Origin: Cenococcum geophilum
Taxonomy: Eukaryota
Assembly: GCA_050273025.1 (NCBI GenBank)
Contig: CP158635.1
Location: forward strand, 33,046,001-33,110,000
Direction: 5' to 3'
DNA: 64,000 bases
The notes under the pieces were generated by a model. The model worked only from the letters and a program-made list of their open reading frames with translations. It ran no database searches and was not told where the DNA came from. This document shows, piece by piece, positions 12,694 through 25,641 of the stretch (its first letter is position 1; each line of letters begins with the position of its first letter). A program made the position numbers and the translations under genes.

Positions 12694-13465
12694 GTAACTA
12701 TTTTGGGTTCTTTACTTCCTTACGCCTCTAATATTGAAACTCTAAAGCTAATTAAGCCTTTGCTGTAGTGTCCTTTTTAGCCTCCTTTAAGCCCTCTACT
12801 GCCTTTAATTAATCCTCTATATTAAATAACCGCTAATTAAACCGTTTAATTACTTATAGCTCTTAGTATACCTTATTTAATGTATACAGCACATCCTCCC
12901 TTATAACCTTAAGCTAGTCCTTTACTAGCTTATTTTTATTAACGTTAAGAACGCGTATAAAGTAGATAGGTAGTAGTAATTTAGGGGAGGACTCTAATAG
13001 AGAATTTTTCTATATAATTAGCAGCTAGTTAATAGAGGAAAGGCAGAAACCTATACTTATAATATTATATATTACAACTTTTTACCCAACTTCCTTAAAA
13101 AATATAGGTATTTTTAATGGTAGCCTTAATGGCCTTCTGCAGTATTTCATCGGCATTACAATATTGACGCGTTTTGGTAAGGGTTGCTAATAAAATAACC
13201 CTAGCTAAGGTGCCTGTAGCATACTAACCTAGGTAGGAGCGCCTAAAGCGCCTAATATAAAAAGTCACTTCTGCCACACAAAGGGATAGCTTCCTTAATT
13301 AAATCTATATTTGCAAACTTTGTATTTAGGTCTATAACTACCCGCTTACGTTTTTTAGACCCTTAAGGTCCTTAAGCTGCAATTATAAGCTATATATTTA
13401 AGCCTCCTTATATACAACATCCGCAGTAAGTTGCTTAAATCATTAAGCCACTTTTTATAAAAGGG

Positions 13466-16400
13466 TGTTACGGACGCTTTAAGTACAATGTTACAACTAC
13501 TTGGAGAGGAGTCGGAAGAAGCTAGTTGGTTAATATAAGCATAGTCTAGGATAGAACCCGTAGAACTATATAACGAGGAATAGTAACTAAGGTCATATGA
13601 GGTGCTACGAAAGGAATAAGAAGAACGAAGGGAACTTATATACCTTATGTATAAGACGTACATCACGTATAAGAAGGATTTTATAGGAGTACGGTTGTGT
13701 ATTTAAGGACCCTTAGTCCCTACCTAGATAGTTCCTTCCTTATAGTAATTCTTAGAATATAATTGGAGTTAATCTATTAGGCAACCACTCCACTAATTGT
13801 TGTTACGTTATTAACTTACTTATAATACCTACACACCTAGCCTATTAATAAGTCCACCGTAATCCCTACTATAAGGCTTCGTTATATAATTACTACCTAG
13901 TTACGGTTTCAATAAGTTAAACAACATACCACTAAAAGCAGCCACTATAATGCCATCAACGGCGGCAACTACGTTAGGATTAGGTAACGACACTAGTATA
14001 GCAGACACTGACTTATAACAACTTATAACAGTAGGACAGTTATAAATAATAGTTAATTAGCTGACGGGAGATAATGCGGCACTTAAAAATAGGATTAATA
14101 GGATAGGAGTAGCAAAGGTTAAGTTACCATTAATTGAAAGATTCTTAGGAGAAAGATCGAAGCTTAAGGGATTCCTTACGTAAATATACTTTAAGGTTGC
14201 GTAGGAAGGAGCGAAGCTGGCAATAACTATGGATTAAGTAGCATATATAGGATTATTCTTATTAGGAAGAGCACTTAAATAGTTTAAGCCTTACCTTATA
14301 GAGATATAAGTAAACGGAATAATAATAATAAACTAGGAAGTAAGGTTTATATTTTTAAGCTAGAACGGATTTGCGAAGCGACTTATATAAATATTCGGGG
14401 ACCTAAAAGCGATAACTATAGCGGAAAGAAAGCTTTAGAACCTAACGTAACGAACTTCAGTAATTAAGTATACGATATAATTCCAAACGCTAGCTATATA
14501 ACTTAAGTGGAATAATAAGGCGCTTATAGCATAGTATAAGTAGGGACTTAAGGCTAAAGTCTAGGACGTAATTATTCTAATGGAAGATGCGGATACCCTA
14601 AGGGAATTAATAGATTAAGCAATTAAGATTAATAATAGGATCTTCTAAAGGGAATAGGCTAAGAGAGGCTAGAATAGAGTTCTATAGTTGTATAAAACGT
14701 AGAGTACGTAACGACTAAAGCCAAATTAGAAACTATAGTATGGCGTAAAGCTAATAGACCTAAGTGGTACTAAAGAAACCTATAAGAGATGGAGTAAGAA
14801 ACTATAGAAACCTAAAGGTTAAGGATTAAGCGATTATAGGACTAAGGAGCATAGGCTAAACTAAGGATCTTAACAGCAGAAGACGTTTGAGCGGACTCTA
14901 TAACAGAAGTAATGGTTTAGAGAAGGAGCTTATATAAATTGCGGAAAATAGGGTTATTTCGCCAAAGACTATAGAAGTAGTTAGAGTTATTACGCAGTAA
15001 GGGGAACTAGACTAGCAGTATATAACACACACGTATAGAGGGATAATAGTGCGCTGCAAGGAACAAAGGAATATTTAATTAGAAGTTTTACGTTTTGTTA
15101 TAATAACGTATACCAAATTTATAAAGACGCCAAGTATAGTGTAAGCTATTGGCTATAAGAGCTAGAGTTAAAAGGACTTAGAGGAACCAAAGAGTTAAAT
15201 AAAGAATAAGATCGACTCTATAAGCTAGATTAAGATATTACAGCAATATACGGATAAGAATTAGCAACAATAATAATAGAGTTAGAGTACTTATTAATTA
15301 ACGGCAATAAGGACAGTAAAGGAACTAACTGGGGGTATCTAAACCTTAATAACGTAACAGAGGTAGAGACTAAGACCGCTATAGAGCAAGGTTTAGTAAC
15401 GGGTATTATAACACCGTTGGATACGGCATTTATTGCTTTATAAGACGGAAGGAACAATATCTAGAGACGATTAAGTAAGTAGACGACTACTAGTGCTAGC
15501 TTACTACTCGATAAAGGCAAAAGGCTAAAGGCTTAAGATTCTTAAGACGAGATAAAAGACAACTAAGATTTTTAAGACGAGATAAGGCACACTTAAGGAT
15601 CTATAACGGACGAAAACCGATAGAGTAGGGTAATAGCTTAGTTTAGAAACATACGAATAAGCTTAGGATAAGAATTCCTAACGGCATAAGATTCTTAAGA
15701 CAAGATAAGTAAGATCTAGGACTCTTAAGACGAGATAAGGACACTAGTAAAGCCTAGTTAGACTAAGGCTGGAGCTAGGCTTAAGTTAGAAGCAAGCTTA
15801 GGATTAAAGAATCTAAGGGGTTAAGAATTCGGAGCACAAATTAGGACACCTATAAGTAAGAGGTAAGGAGCTTCTTTATAGATTAGAGAATCTATAGCGT
15901 AAACAGCAGTTAGACTAGGAGACAGATATATAGACCTAGAAGACTTACTAGGGGAATATAGTGTTCAGCCTAAAGATCGAAAAGTTAATACTAAGATTAA
16001 GAAGTACGAAGACTTTAAGGATCTACTTATAAGACGCGACGTAAAAGAAACTATAGAGGAATTTAGGGTAAGAATTACCTTATAGTAAGAACAGAAACTA
16101 GATAAGAGATTTAGTATATTAGGACGTATAAAGGATAGAGTACTAGTATAAAGAATTACTAATAGGCCTAGGACAGGCACACTAAGAGTAAAGTGGCTTA
16201 TTAAACTGGAATAAGAAGAGGATCTAGGGATTCCTACTAGGTTCGAAGAATGGCATACTAAAGGCTATTACGACGCAGTAATAAAGAGATATTTCCTTAC
16301 AAACGAGCCGTATACACTTAAGCAGCTGTACCAAAAGTGGTATAGATAACGACACAATAATAAGTAGGAAGATTTCTATATATAGTTAGACGAAAAAGTT

Positions 16401-19400
16401 GTCTAAGACTACCCGATTATAGAGAAGGCTATAACTTATATTAAGGGAGCCTTAATTATAATATTAAAGGATCTAAAAGAGTAATTAGAGGACTAGAGAA
16501 GTGAAAGACAAATCTCGGTACCTACGAACGAAGTCGCGACGCTTAGATCAACATAAAAAAGGTTTAAACTTAAGAACGAAGACGAGCTAAGAGTTAACCT
16601 AAAACACTAAGCATATTACACATTATCGTAGATAGTATACGTAAATAATGCGTGTAACATGCATAAAATACTAAAAGATAAAAATCGGAAGTATCTAATA
16701 AGGATATATTAGATAACGGACGAGGCGAAATATAGGAATGCTAAGTACATATATAGTTAGCACCTAGTAGAAGTTTAAGAATAAGGGGACTTAACACTTT
16801 AACCAGGAAGATTCCTTACGGAAGAATACCTAGATGGACGACAATAGTAGGAATGTCTAGAGAACACCTATTTATAGTATATTAAAGACAAAAAACGAAC
16901 TAAGTATTGGCTTAAGTTAGACTAAGTATAAACAAGATCTAGTAGCTAATAGTTAGGAAAAGTAGAGGCCTATAGGACCAAAGGGAGCTAGTGGTAGAGC
17001 CTTAGACCCTTAAAGGAATTTAAGGACAATACCTAAATTTATAAGTTAAATGGCAAGATTAACAGTTTAAGGTATTAATAGATAGTGAAGTAATAAGAAA
17101 CCATATCTTACTAGTAGCAGTAAAAAGAATAGGATTACTATACAGATAAAAGAAATGTCCTTACCTATTAGTAACGATTTTAGAAGATCTAATAGCCTAT
17201 AAAGGAGGCATTATTAATCTTAAAATAGAACCAGTTTAGCTAACTATTAAAGGAAGATAAATTAAGATGTCCTTTAACATATTACTATTAGGAAATAATA
17301 AGGCAGTACTAGAAATGCCTTAGTTATAGGAATATAATCCAAAAATTAATTGGGTTATAGGTTAGGTTAATATTAGAGATATACGACGCCATAAAATGCA
17401 ATAGCAAGCTAAGTTGGTATAGTACTAAGTAGGAGCAACCTACAAAGAAACAGAAAAAGGGTTAAGCTATATACTAAAAAGATACTATAAGTATGGTAAG
17501 AAACTATAGTTACCCAAAAGCAAAAAACTATTAGAGTATATAGCATGGGACTATAAAATAGAATTAGAACCAGGAATAAGTTTAAAATTCTTTCTAATCT
17601 ATAAGCTTACTAAAGAAGAAGGTAGAGTATTAAAAGAGTTTGTCTAAGAAAACTTATAAAAGGGATATATTAAACCATCGTAGTCATTAGCGGGTTATCT
17701 AGTACTGTTTATACCAAAAAAGAATAGTAAACTAAAACTGTGCATTAATTATAGATAGTTAAATAGCATTACTAGGAAGGATAGGTATCCTTTACCCTTA
17801 ATTAGCGAAATCTAAGATAGGATAGGTAATGCGCAAATCTTTACGAAGATAGATCTAAGATAGGCGTACTATTAGATTAGAATTAAGGAAGGCAATAAAT
17901 AAAAGGCAGCCTTTAGGTTAAAGGAAGGACTATATAAACTATTAGTTATATAATTCGGGCTTATAAACGTACTAGCAACGTTTTAGAAGCGTATTAATAA
18001 TGTATTAGAAGAATATTTAGATAAATTTGTTATAGTATACCTTAATAACATTATTATCTACTTAATAAATAAGGAAGAGTACGGAGAATACGTTAAATAG
18101 GTCTTAAAGAGACTATAGGAAGAACAAATACTAGTAGCAATTAAGAAATGCGAATTTTTCACTAGGAAGACTAATTTTGTTAGATTTATTATTAAACTAA
18201 GCCAACTTAGTATAGATCTAAAAAAGATTAAGGCTATAGTAAATTGGTAAAAACCAGAGAATGTTATATAGTTAAGGTTATTTCTAGGGTTTTACAATTA
18301 CTGCAGAAGGTTTATAGCGTAATAGTTAAAAGATATTAAACTATTTATACAATTAACAAAGAAAGAAGAACTATAGGTATAGGGAAAGGAACAATAAAAA
18401 CTATTTAAAAAAGTTAAAGAGTTGTTTACCTAGGAGCTAGTCTTTAAAATTTATTAACCGGGATTAGAAATAGTTGTGGAAATAAATATATTAGACTTTG
18501 TACTAGAAGTATATTTTATACAAAAGCATCTAAATAGATGGCATCTAGTGGCATACTATAGTTGGAAGATAATACTACTAGAGTTAAACTATAACATCTA
18601 TAATAAGGAGTTATTGGGTATAGTTATAGCACTAAAGGAATAAAGAGTATTCTTATAAGGTATAGAAAAACTATTTATAGTTAAAATGGATTATAAGAAC
18701 CTAATAGGATTCCTAATAATAAAGGAACTTAACTAAAGATAGGTTAAATAGGCAGAGATACTTACAGAATACTATTTCAAAATTTAGTATACTAAGGGTA
18801 TAGATAACACGCAAGCCGATGCATTAAGTTAAAAGGCTAAACTATAAAATAATAATAAGCTATTAGGGGCTTTACTGCGAAAAGATATAGATAGACTAAT
18901 TAGATATAATTATCTAAAGATTGCAGTAATATATAAGACTAAGTTAGAAAAGATCTATAAAACACTAGAAAGTTTTTAGGTATAAAGGATTCTAGAAGTA
19001 TAACTAGAAGACCTATAGTTAGATATATATAAAAATTAAAAAGTAAAGTATATCCTAAGAAGTATAGCAGAGTAGTTTATAGAAGACTTTTATAAGGGAC
19101 TAACTTAAGGACACAATAGAGCCACAGGCTTAGTGTTAAGACTCTAAGAGGAGTATATTATTAACGGAATCTAGAGGATAGCTAGAAGGGTTACTAAAAA
19201 GTATTTAGATTACTAAAGAAATAAACTAATAAGGCATAAGCCATATAGAGGGCTACAACCTATTAAAATACTAGAGAGACTATAAGAGGTTATATTATGG
19301 GACTTTATTATTAAGTTACTAAAATTAAGAGACCCTATTACCGGATAAGATTATAATATAATTTTAGTAATAGTAGATAAGCTTATAAAGTAGGGATACT

Positions 19401-21481
19401 TTATAGCATATACGGAAGAAATCTCAGCGGAAGATATTGCTAGAATTTATATTAAGAAAGTATTTATAAGATATAGAGCACTAAGTAAAATCATATTAGA
19501 TAGAGATCTAAGATTTAGAGCAGCATTTTAGGAGGTATTTTTAGCAGAATAAGGGGTTTAAGCAGTAACTTCCACCGCATATTATCCGCAGATAGATGGT
19601 TAAATAGAAAGATTAAACTAGACACTAGAGTAGTATCTAAGGCACTATATTAACTACGCACAGAATAATTAGGTATTATTATTACTAGTTATATAGTTTG
19701 CATATAATATAACACTATAAAAAGGAATAAGTATATTACTATTTAAGGCGAATTACGGATACGAACTAAAAATATTACTATTGCCACGTTAAGTAAAAAA
19801 AGCAAATAGTAAAGCTAAGTAAAGAATAGAGACTTTAATAAATCTTTATACGGACCTTATAGAAACGGCTAAAATAGTATAGCAGAGAATGAAAAAGTAC
19901 TATAACGCTAAGAGATCTAAGGGACTAGATCTTAAGGAGGGAGATAAAGTATAGCTACTATACAAAAATTTTAAGAGTTAATAACTAAGTAAGAAGTTAG
20001 ATTACGTTAGACTAGGACCTTTTAAAATTACATGGAGAATTTTACCGGTTATATTTAAGTTAAACCTACTAGCTAAAATAAAGATCTACCCTATATAACA
20101 CATTATAATGCTAGAGCTAGCATACGGGAATATTAAGCTACTAATTTATAAAGTAGATACGTACAGAGGACAAGAAGAAGATAAATGGTAAGTTTTAAAG
20201 ATCATTAGTTATAAGGATGTAGATGATAAAATATAGTATAAAGTAAAGTAGATAGGCTATAACAAGACTACCTAGGAACTACTAGAGAATTTAAAGAATG
20301 CTATAGGAAAGGTATAGGAGTATTAGAAGAAAATAGGTTAGGTAATATTAATAAAGAGGAATCGCCAAAGAATGAGCCACCTAAGGGGGACCTAGGAAGA
20401 GCGACTGCCGAACTATTTGGAGTTATTTCCTTCCCTAGTAGAAGAGAATCTGTTCTTTTATTACTAAGTTTCTATAGACCTTATTTTATAAGTTTCCACT
20501 CCTTAGAACAAACCTTCTTACGCACCTTCTTAAGACAAAGTAGATGGGTAGACGCCGCAATGTAAGCATCTAGGGCCTTCTGTTCCGCATCCTAAGAACG
20601 CTTAAGCTTAGTAAGGGCCTACGCCAGGTTACTATTAAGCTTCGTAGCAGCAGATTAAATATAAAACCCTATAACAAATTACTTAGGGAACTTAAAGACT
20701 ATTAAGAGTTATAGAACGCGTATACTTAGCGTTAAAAGTAAAACGAACATCGCAAGACGATTAAATGTTTGCTTTAGTGCATTCTAAATAAGAGAAGGGT
20801 TGCTAAGACAAGGGACTCGCCAACGCGATATATACTAACCCCTCCCTTAAGCAACAAGAACACGGAGATAGCATTATTTCACTAAGTAATAATATTGCAG
20901 TAATAGTGCAAGCACGATGTTGCGCGTGTAAAGAAAAAGAAGCTTTAGGTATTATAAGTAATAATATTAACTAAATTAATTAGATAGATATTATACCTCT
21001 AGTAAACAACTTGGAGATACTAGGTATCTTTAAGGATAAAGATAAAGAGGAGGGAGATAGTGTTACGGACGCTTTAAGTACAATATTATAACTACTTGGA
21101 GAGGAGTTAGAAGAAGCTAGTTAGTTAATATAAGTACGGTCCAGAATAGAACCCGTGGAACTATATAACGAGGAATAGTAACTAAGGTTATATAAGGTGC
21201 TATAAGAGGAATGAGAGGAACGAAGGGAACTCACGTACCTTATATATAAGACGTATATTACGTATAAGAAGGATTTTATAGGAGTACGGTTGTGTATTTA
21301 AGGACCCTTAGTCCCTACCTAGATAGTTCCTTTCTTATAGTAATTCTCAGAATACAATTGGAGTTAATCTATTGGGCAACCACTCCACCAATTGTTGTTA
21401 CGTTGTTGACTTACTTGTAATACCTATACACCTAGCCTATTAATAAGTCTACCGTAGTCCCTACTACAAGGCTTTGTTATA
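13466..21481 (+). mobile_element. Full-length Ty3/Gypsy chromovirus family A, copy A2 (8.0 kb), RIP-inactivated
   Basis: 421-bp LTRs at 13466-13886 and 21061-21481, TSD AAGGG on both sides. gag from ~13890 with CCHC knuckle ~14930, protease ~17060, RT ~17700-18200, RNase H, integrase, chromodomain ~20170-20330, polypurine tract. Confidence 0.97.
20340..20952 (-). pseudogene. Antisense accessory gene of Gypsy A: Zn(II)2Cys6-like cluster plus predicted coiled coil (homologues ~2510-3143 minus, ~47450-48065 plus)
   Basis: Combining A2 and A3 recovers C-x2-C-x6-C-x13-C-x2-C-x8-C, followed by a candidate GT...CTAA...TAG intron and a helical LAQALAELERS.DAEQKALDARIAASARLLRL segment (RIP-reversed). 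Confidence 0.7.
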
Positions 21482-23856
21482 AAGGGCCCTTATCTTCTAA
21501 TTAGGCGTACGCTTAATATAAAGGCCCTATACTATATTATATATATTATATAGTTTCGCTAGGGTAGTAAAAATATTAGATTAATTGATTTTGGATTGCT
21601 TAAAGCCTAAAGCCCCTATTAGAGCCTCTTTTTAACCTATAAGGACTTAAGACCTTTATGTAGATTCTAGGGGTAGATACTAGACGCGCGCTACCTAGAT
21701 TTAATTATTCTTGCGGTTAGGCCTTTACCCCTTACCTTATAGTAGTACTTAATAAAACGGTATTTCTTAATTAGGGCTGTATCGTTAATATATACAAGCT
21801 TCGCAATCTACTCTTAATATTTTGTCTTAATTGGGCAAAAGTATAATAGATCTAGGGGTTGTAGAACGTGCATTAAATAAGGAGGAAGAAAGACAAGCCA
21901 TACGTTATTGGCCTTATATTCCTATAGAAACTCTATAGTATAGTGGCTTCTATAGCCGTTAAGAATAAGCAATTAAGCTTTATTACTAGGTAGTTTAATT
22001 TTAGGTAAAACTATTTTAATAAGCCAATTAAATATAATATAATTAGCTATTTAGCCGTTCTTAGAGGTTATATATATCCAATTAGGCACCTCGTTATAAT
22101 AGAACCAGGTTAATTAGATATACTTTCCTTTAAAGATTACTAAAGGCCGAATTAATCTACTAAGCGTTAAGATTACCTCTACAATAGATACCTATTTACG
22201 ATCTTTAGGTAATTATATAAGGGTCTTCTTTTTTAAGGCATCTCCTAGTCTTATTAAGTTTGCATATATACCCAATGCGATACCAAATTCGTCCATATTC
22301 CAGCTATTCTCTACCAATACACCGCTTACGTTTTGCACCCTCTATAAAAGATTATAGAACTCTTAAATTTACTTAGGTTGTACCCCCTTAGCTTTAGCAG
22401 CCTCTATTAGTCGGCCGACTAAGAATTTAATACAAGAATTGCGTTATAAATAGCTAGAGACCCATAACTTGCTAAGGAGCTTAGTGTCGTAATTTTAATC
22501 GATAATTTAAGCCACCATTTCTTGTAGTCGCGTATGCGATGGGGTAAATCCTTATAGGTCTTGTTTAAGCACCTAATTAGTAAGAAAGTCTTCTTATATA
22601 GGAGTCAACCGCTACTCGTACTAGTGAGCAATTCGTTGTGGCTACTTGCCACCCATGCGATCGTAAAAAGTCAACGGAGGGACACCGTACACGCGCGCGG
22701 CGTAAGTACCAGACTCAAATTTGCCGGCATTAAAATCAGCAATAGTGTAACCGACTACCAGACCCTGTTTCACTAGCGTCAGCACTACCCTCGTATGTTT
22801 TAGATATGGTCAAAATAAGTCATGGACTTCGGAGTTCAGGGGTCTACTTTTATGTATTTATATCACTTAATTTCCATAGATTTATAATTAAGTTGCTCGT
22901 TCAATTCCCACACACTGCAAAGCTTATAAATAGCCATTTATAGGTTCTGCTCCTTTTAAGCCATATTAAACGATTAGTGGTGTAGAAAATAGGTGGGCAA
23001 GTTAGTGACTTGATTATGGTATAGTGACCGAGTTCGGGAGGCGACCGAGTTCCGGGGGTCCGAGCTGTTATAATTTATACAGTTTTTACAATTTATATAG
23101 TTTTTACAATTTGTACAGTTTTTATAATTTTTATTTATAAGGCGCATTTTACGGCGTTTTGCTAATAGGTGGTGCAATTTTATTACAAAATGCGCGGTTT
23201 GCGCAAAACGCTGTTAACCATATACAACCGCTTAAATCGTACGTTTTGCACGTTTTGCAGCAAATTGCCGCAAACCGCAACAATAAGCCCAAAAAAAAAT
23301 CCTGATGATATTATTATATAAGCTATTAATAATATTAGCGTAAGCGGTAATAGTATCTAGTAGTTTAACTCCTATAAGAGATTATACTAGGCGATTAATT
23401 AAATCGGGTTTATATTATTTAATCTTTTTAATATAGTAGTAGAACTTAGGGTAGTATAATAGGAAGTTCTTAAAGCCTTAAATTATCCTATTTAGTTTCC
23501 TTTATACTATAGCAATTTAGTTAAGATTACTATAAAATACTTCTAGCATACTAACTAGCTCTTTTATAGTATTTGGCTAAAATAAGTATATAGTTTCTAT
23601 AGTATCTCCTTTTAAGTAACTTATAGTATAACATACCTAGCTATTAAGGGCGGTATAGTAATTAATATTACCGTTTAGCTTATTCTAAAATTAGTTAAAA
23701 AGGGATATAGCTTACTCCTTTTACCTAAATAGGTAGGGGAATTAGGGAGACGTTTAATTAGCCTTTATAGAGGTATTAGTTAGCGAATTTAGGGTTAATA
23801 AGCTAGTTTTAAACGTGCTTTTTGTTACAACTTACGCGATACCTATACCGTATATA

Positions 23857-25456
23857 CTCCTCCTAGAATTAGATTTGAAAAGCTTTGCAATAGCTACGCA
23901 ATAAGGATCCTAAAATTTAAGAAAAACTACGTAATTAAGAAGGTTTATATAGAAGAGATCAATAAAGACAAGGACGAACTAGCAGCTAGCTTAAGCTCTA
24001 ATTCTAGCCCTAAAAACTCTACTATAAAGCACCTCTTACAGCTAAAAACACAGCTGCTATCTCTAACTTCTAAAGTTTAGCAGCTAATTCAAAACTGGAA
24101 AATAGAGAGAATCTCTCTAGACTGGCAAAAACCGTGGTCTCTTCCTATTTCTGCATTCTTTTCTATCTCGAAAGGTAGTAAGGAAGAAGCTGCATAAGAA
24201 TATCTAAGACTAGTAGAAAATCTACAAGATTCCCTAGAGTGGGATTTAGTAAATATATACTATATAGATGGCTCTAAAGATAGCAAATTAAGTGCGGCAG
24301 CCGTATGCAAAATAGGAGAGAGAAATAGGATTAAATATGCAACAAATTGGAACCTAGGACCCTATATGGAAATTATAGATATAAAGCTCTACGCAGTCTA
24401 TAGGGCCTTAGAACACCTAAAGCAACAAAGACTAGAAGAGAAAAAGGTTTATATCTTTATAGATAGCCAGGCGGCTATTAAAAGATTAGAACTAAATTCT
24501 CTTACAAAAGGGCAAGAACTAGTCTTTAAAATTACGCAAAGCTGCTCCTATTTAGCTAGTAAAGGTATCTTTATTAACTTCTATTGGGTTCCTAGCCACT
24601 TAGGAATTTATAGAAACAAAATAGCAGATAAACTAGCTAAAAAGGGTCTCTCTAGAAGAAAAATAAAGTCTTTTTATACTTCTTTATCCTATATAGGGAG
24701 AGTAGCAAGAGAAAAGATACTAGAATAGTGGAAAAACAATTGGCAACAGAACAAGAATAAAGGAAAACACTATACTAGGATCTGTAAAGGAAGCTATTCC
24801 TTTTCTCTTAAAGCACCTAAGGATAGATATCCTAAAAAGCTACAATCAGCTTTCTTCCAGCTAAAACTAGGAAAGGGTTTCTTTAAATCCTTCTCTAGAA
24901 CAATAGGAAAGGATAAAGAAGGTAGATGCTTTAGAGAATGTACTGCTGTACAAACCCCTAAGCACTTACTACTAGACTGCAGCCTATATAAAGAAGAGAG
25001 AAAGAATATACAAAGGTAACTAGGCTCTTCTCTCTCTCTAAAGAAGTTATTTTGCATAAAGAAAGGAAGAGAAGCTCTTTTTCTATTCCTAGACAGGACA
25101 GGAATAGCTACTAGAAAGTGGCTAATAGCAGTAGGATCTTTAGAAGGAGGTAACTCCTACTAAGCTCCTAGTAGATAGATAATAGGGAGTAAAAGGATAG
25201 AAATAATTTATAAAAGGACAGGGACAGGCGTTAGAATTTCTTATTTTTTAGAATCTTTTCTATTGTTTTCTTATTACCTAATAGTTATTAGTAACCTAGT
25301 ATTTTTACTAAGTAGCTATAAACTACTAGGATATAGTTACTAGTATATGTTAAGCTGCCTAAGAAGGATTTATATATATAGAGCTATAGCGCTATAGCCT
25401 AGAGGCTGCATGCGTAGTATTATACGTAGTATAATATAATGGACTAAAAAAAAAAA
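23857..25456 (+). mobile_element. 5'-truncated LINE (Tad1-like) with RNase H and C-terminal zinc knuckle, copy 1
   Basis: YYIDGSK, LYAVYRAL, YIFIDSQAAI, WVPSHLGI, EC...QTPKHLLLDC; poly(A) 25446-25456; TSD TACCGTATATA at 23846-23856 and 25458-25468. Confidence 0.92.
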
Positions 25457-25641
25457 TTACCGTATATATAGGCTAGAGAGCTTATAAACTATTTTAACTA
25501 TTAGTCCCCCTAGCCGTAAAACACTGCTACCCTTTTAGAGGTTTGTATAACTAAGTAAGCTAGAGCTTAGGTATAATAATACGTCTCGCAACTACCTAGA
25601 GGTTAAGTATTTAATTTAGGAAGGGGTTAAATATTTCTAAG

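Larger units (their letters stand above)
13200..22820 (-). pseudogene. pogo/Fot1 transposase (HTH, CENP-B-type DNA-binding domain, DDE_1), split by Gypsy A2; ends approximate
   Basis: AARVYGVPP.T.YDR (~22690), WNMDE.G (~22300), LL.L.G..SH and HVLQPLD (~21850-21970). C-terminal KKRKRV..D.N.KFANI resumes at ~13355-13300 on the other side of the Gypsy. Confidence 0.9.
9966..23068 (-). mobile_element. Composite pogo/Fot1 DNA transposon (~5.1 kb without the nested Gypsy A2)
   Basis: ~40-bp TIRs AGCTCGGACCCCCGGAACTCGGT(T/C)GCCTCC(T/C)GAACTCGG at ~9968-10006 and reverse complement at ~23028-23068, TA at 23069-23070. Encloses two transposase pseudogenes. Left boundary uncertain by 1-2 bp. Confidence 0.85.
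7939..23307. mobile_element. Non-autonomous TIR element X1 (CATCAGG...CCTGATG), ~2.3 kb once the nested Fot1/Gypsy is removed; superfamily uncertain, CMC/CACTA-like
   Basis: Imperfect TIRs CATCAGGAAAACTTTTTTTGGGC and GCCCAAAAAAAAATCCTGATG, flanked by AT on both sides (7937-7938, 23308-23309). TTTGC/GCAAA subterminal repeats at both ends; internal core shared with X2. Confidence 0.75.

Noticed and set aside
24366..24728. Stand-alone RNase H gene (120 aa)
   Set aside because: A stop-free window inside a truncated LINE.
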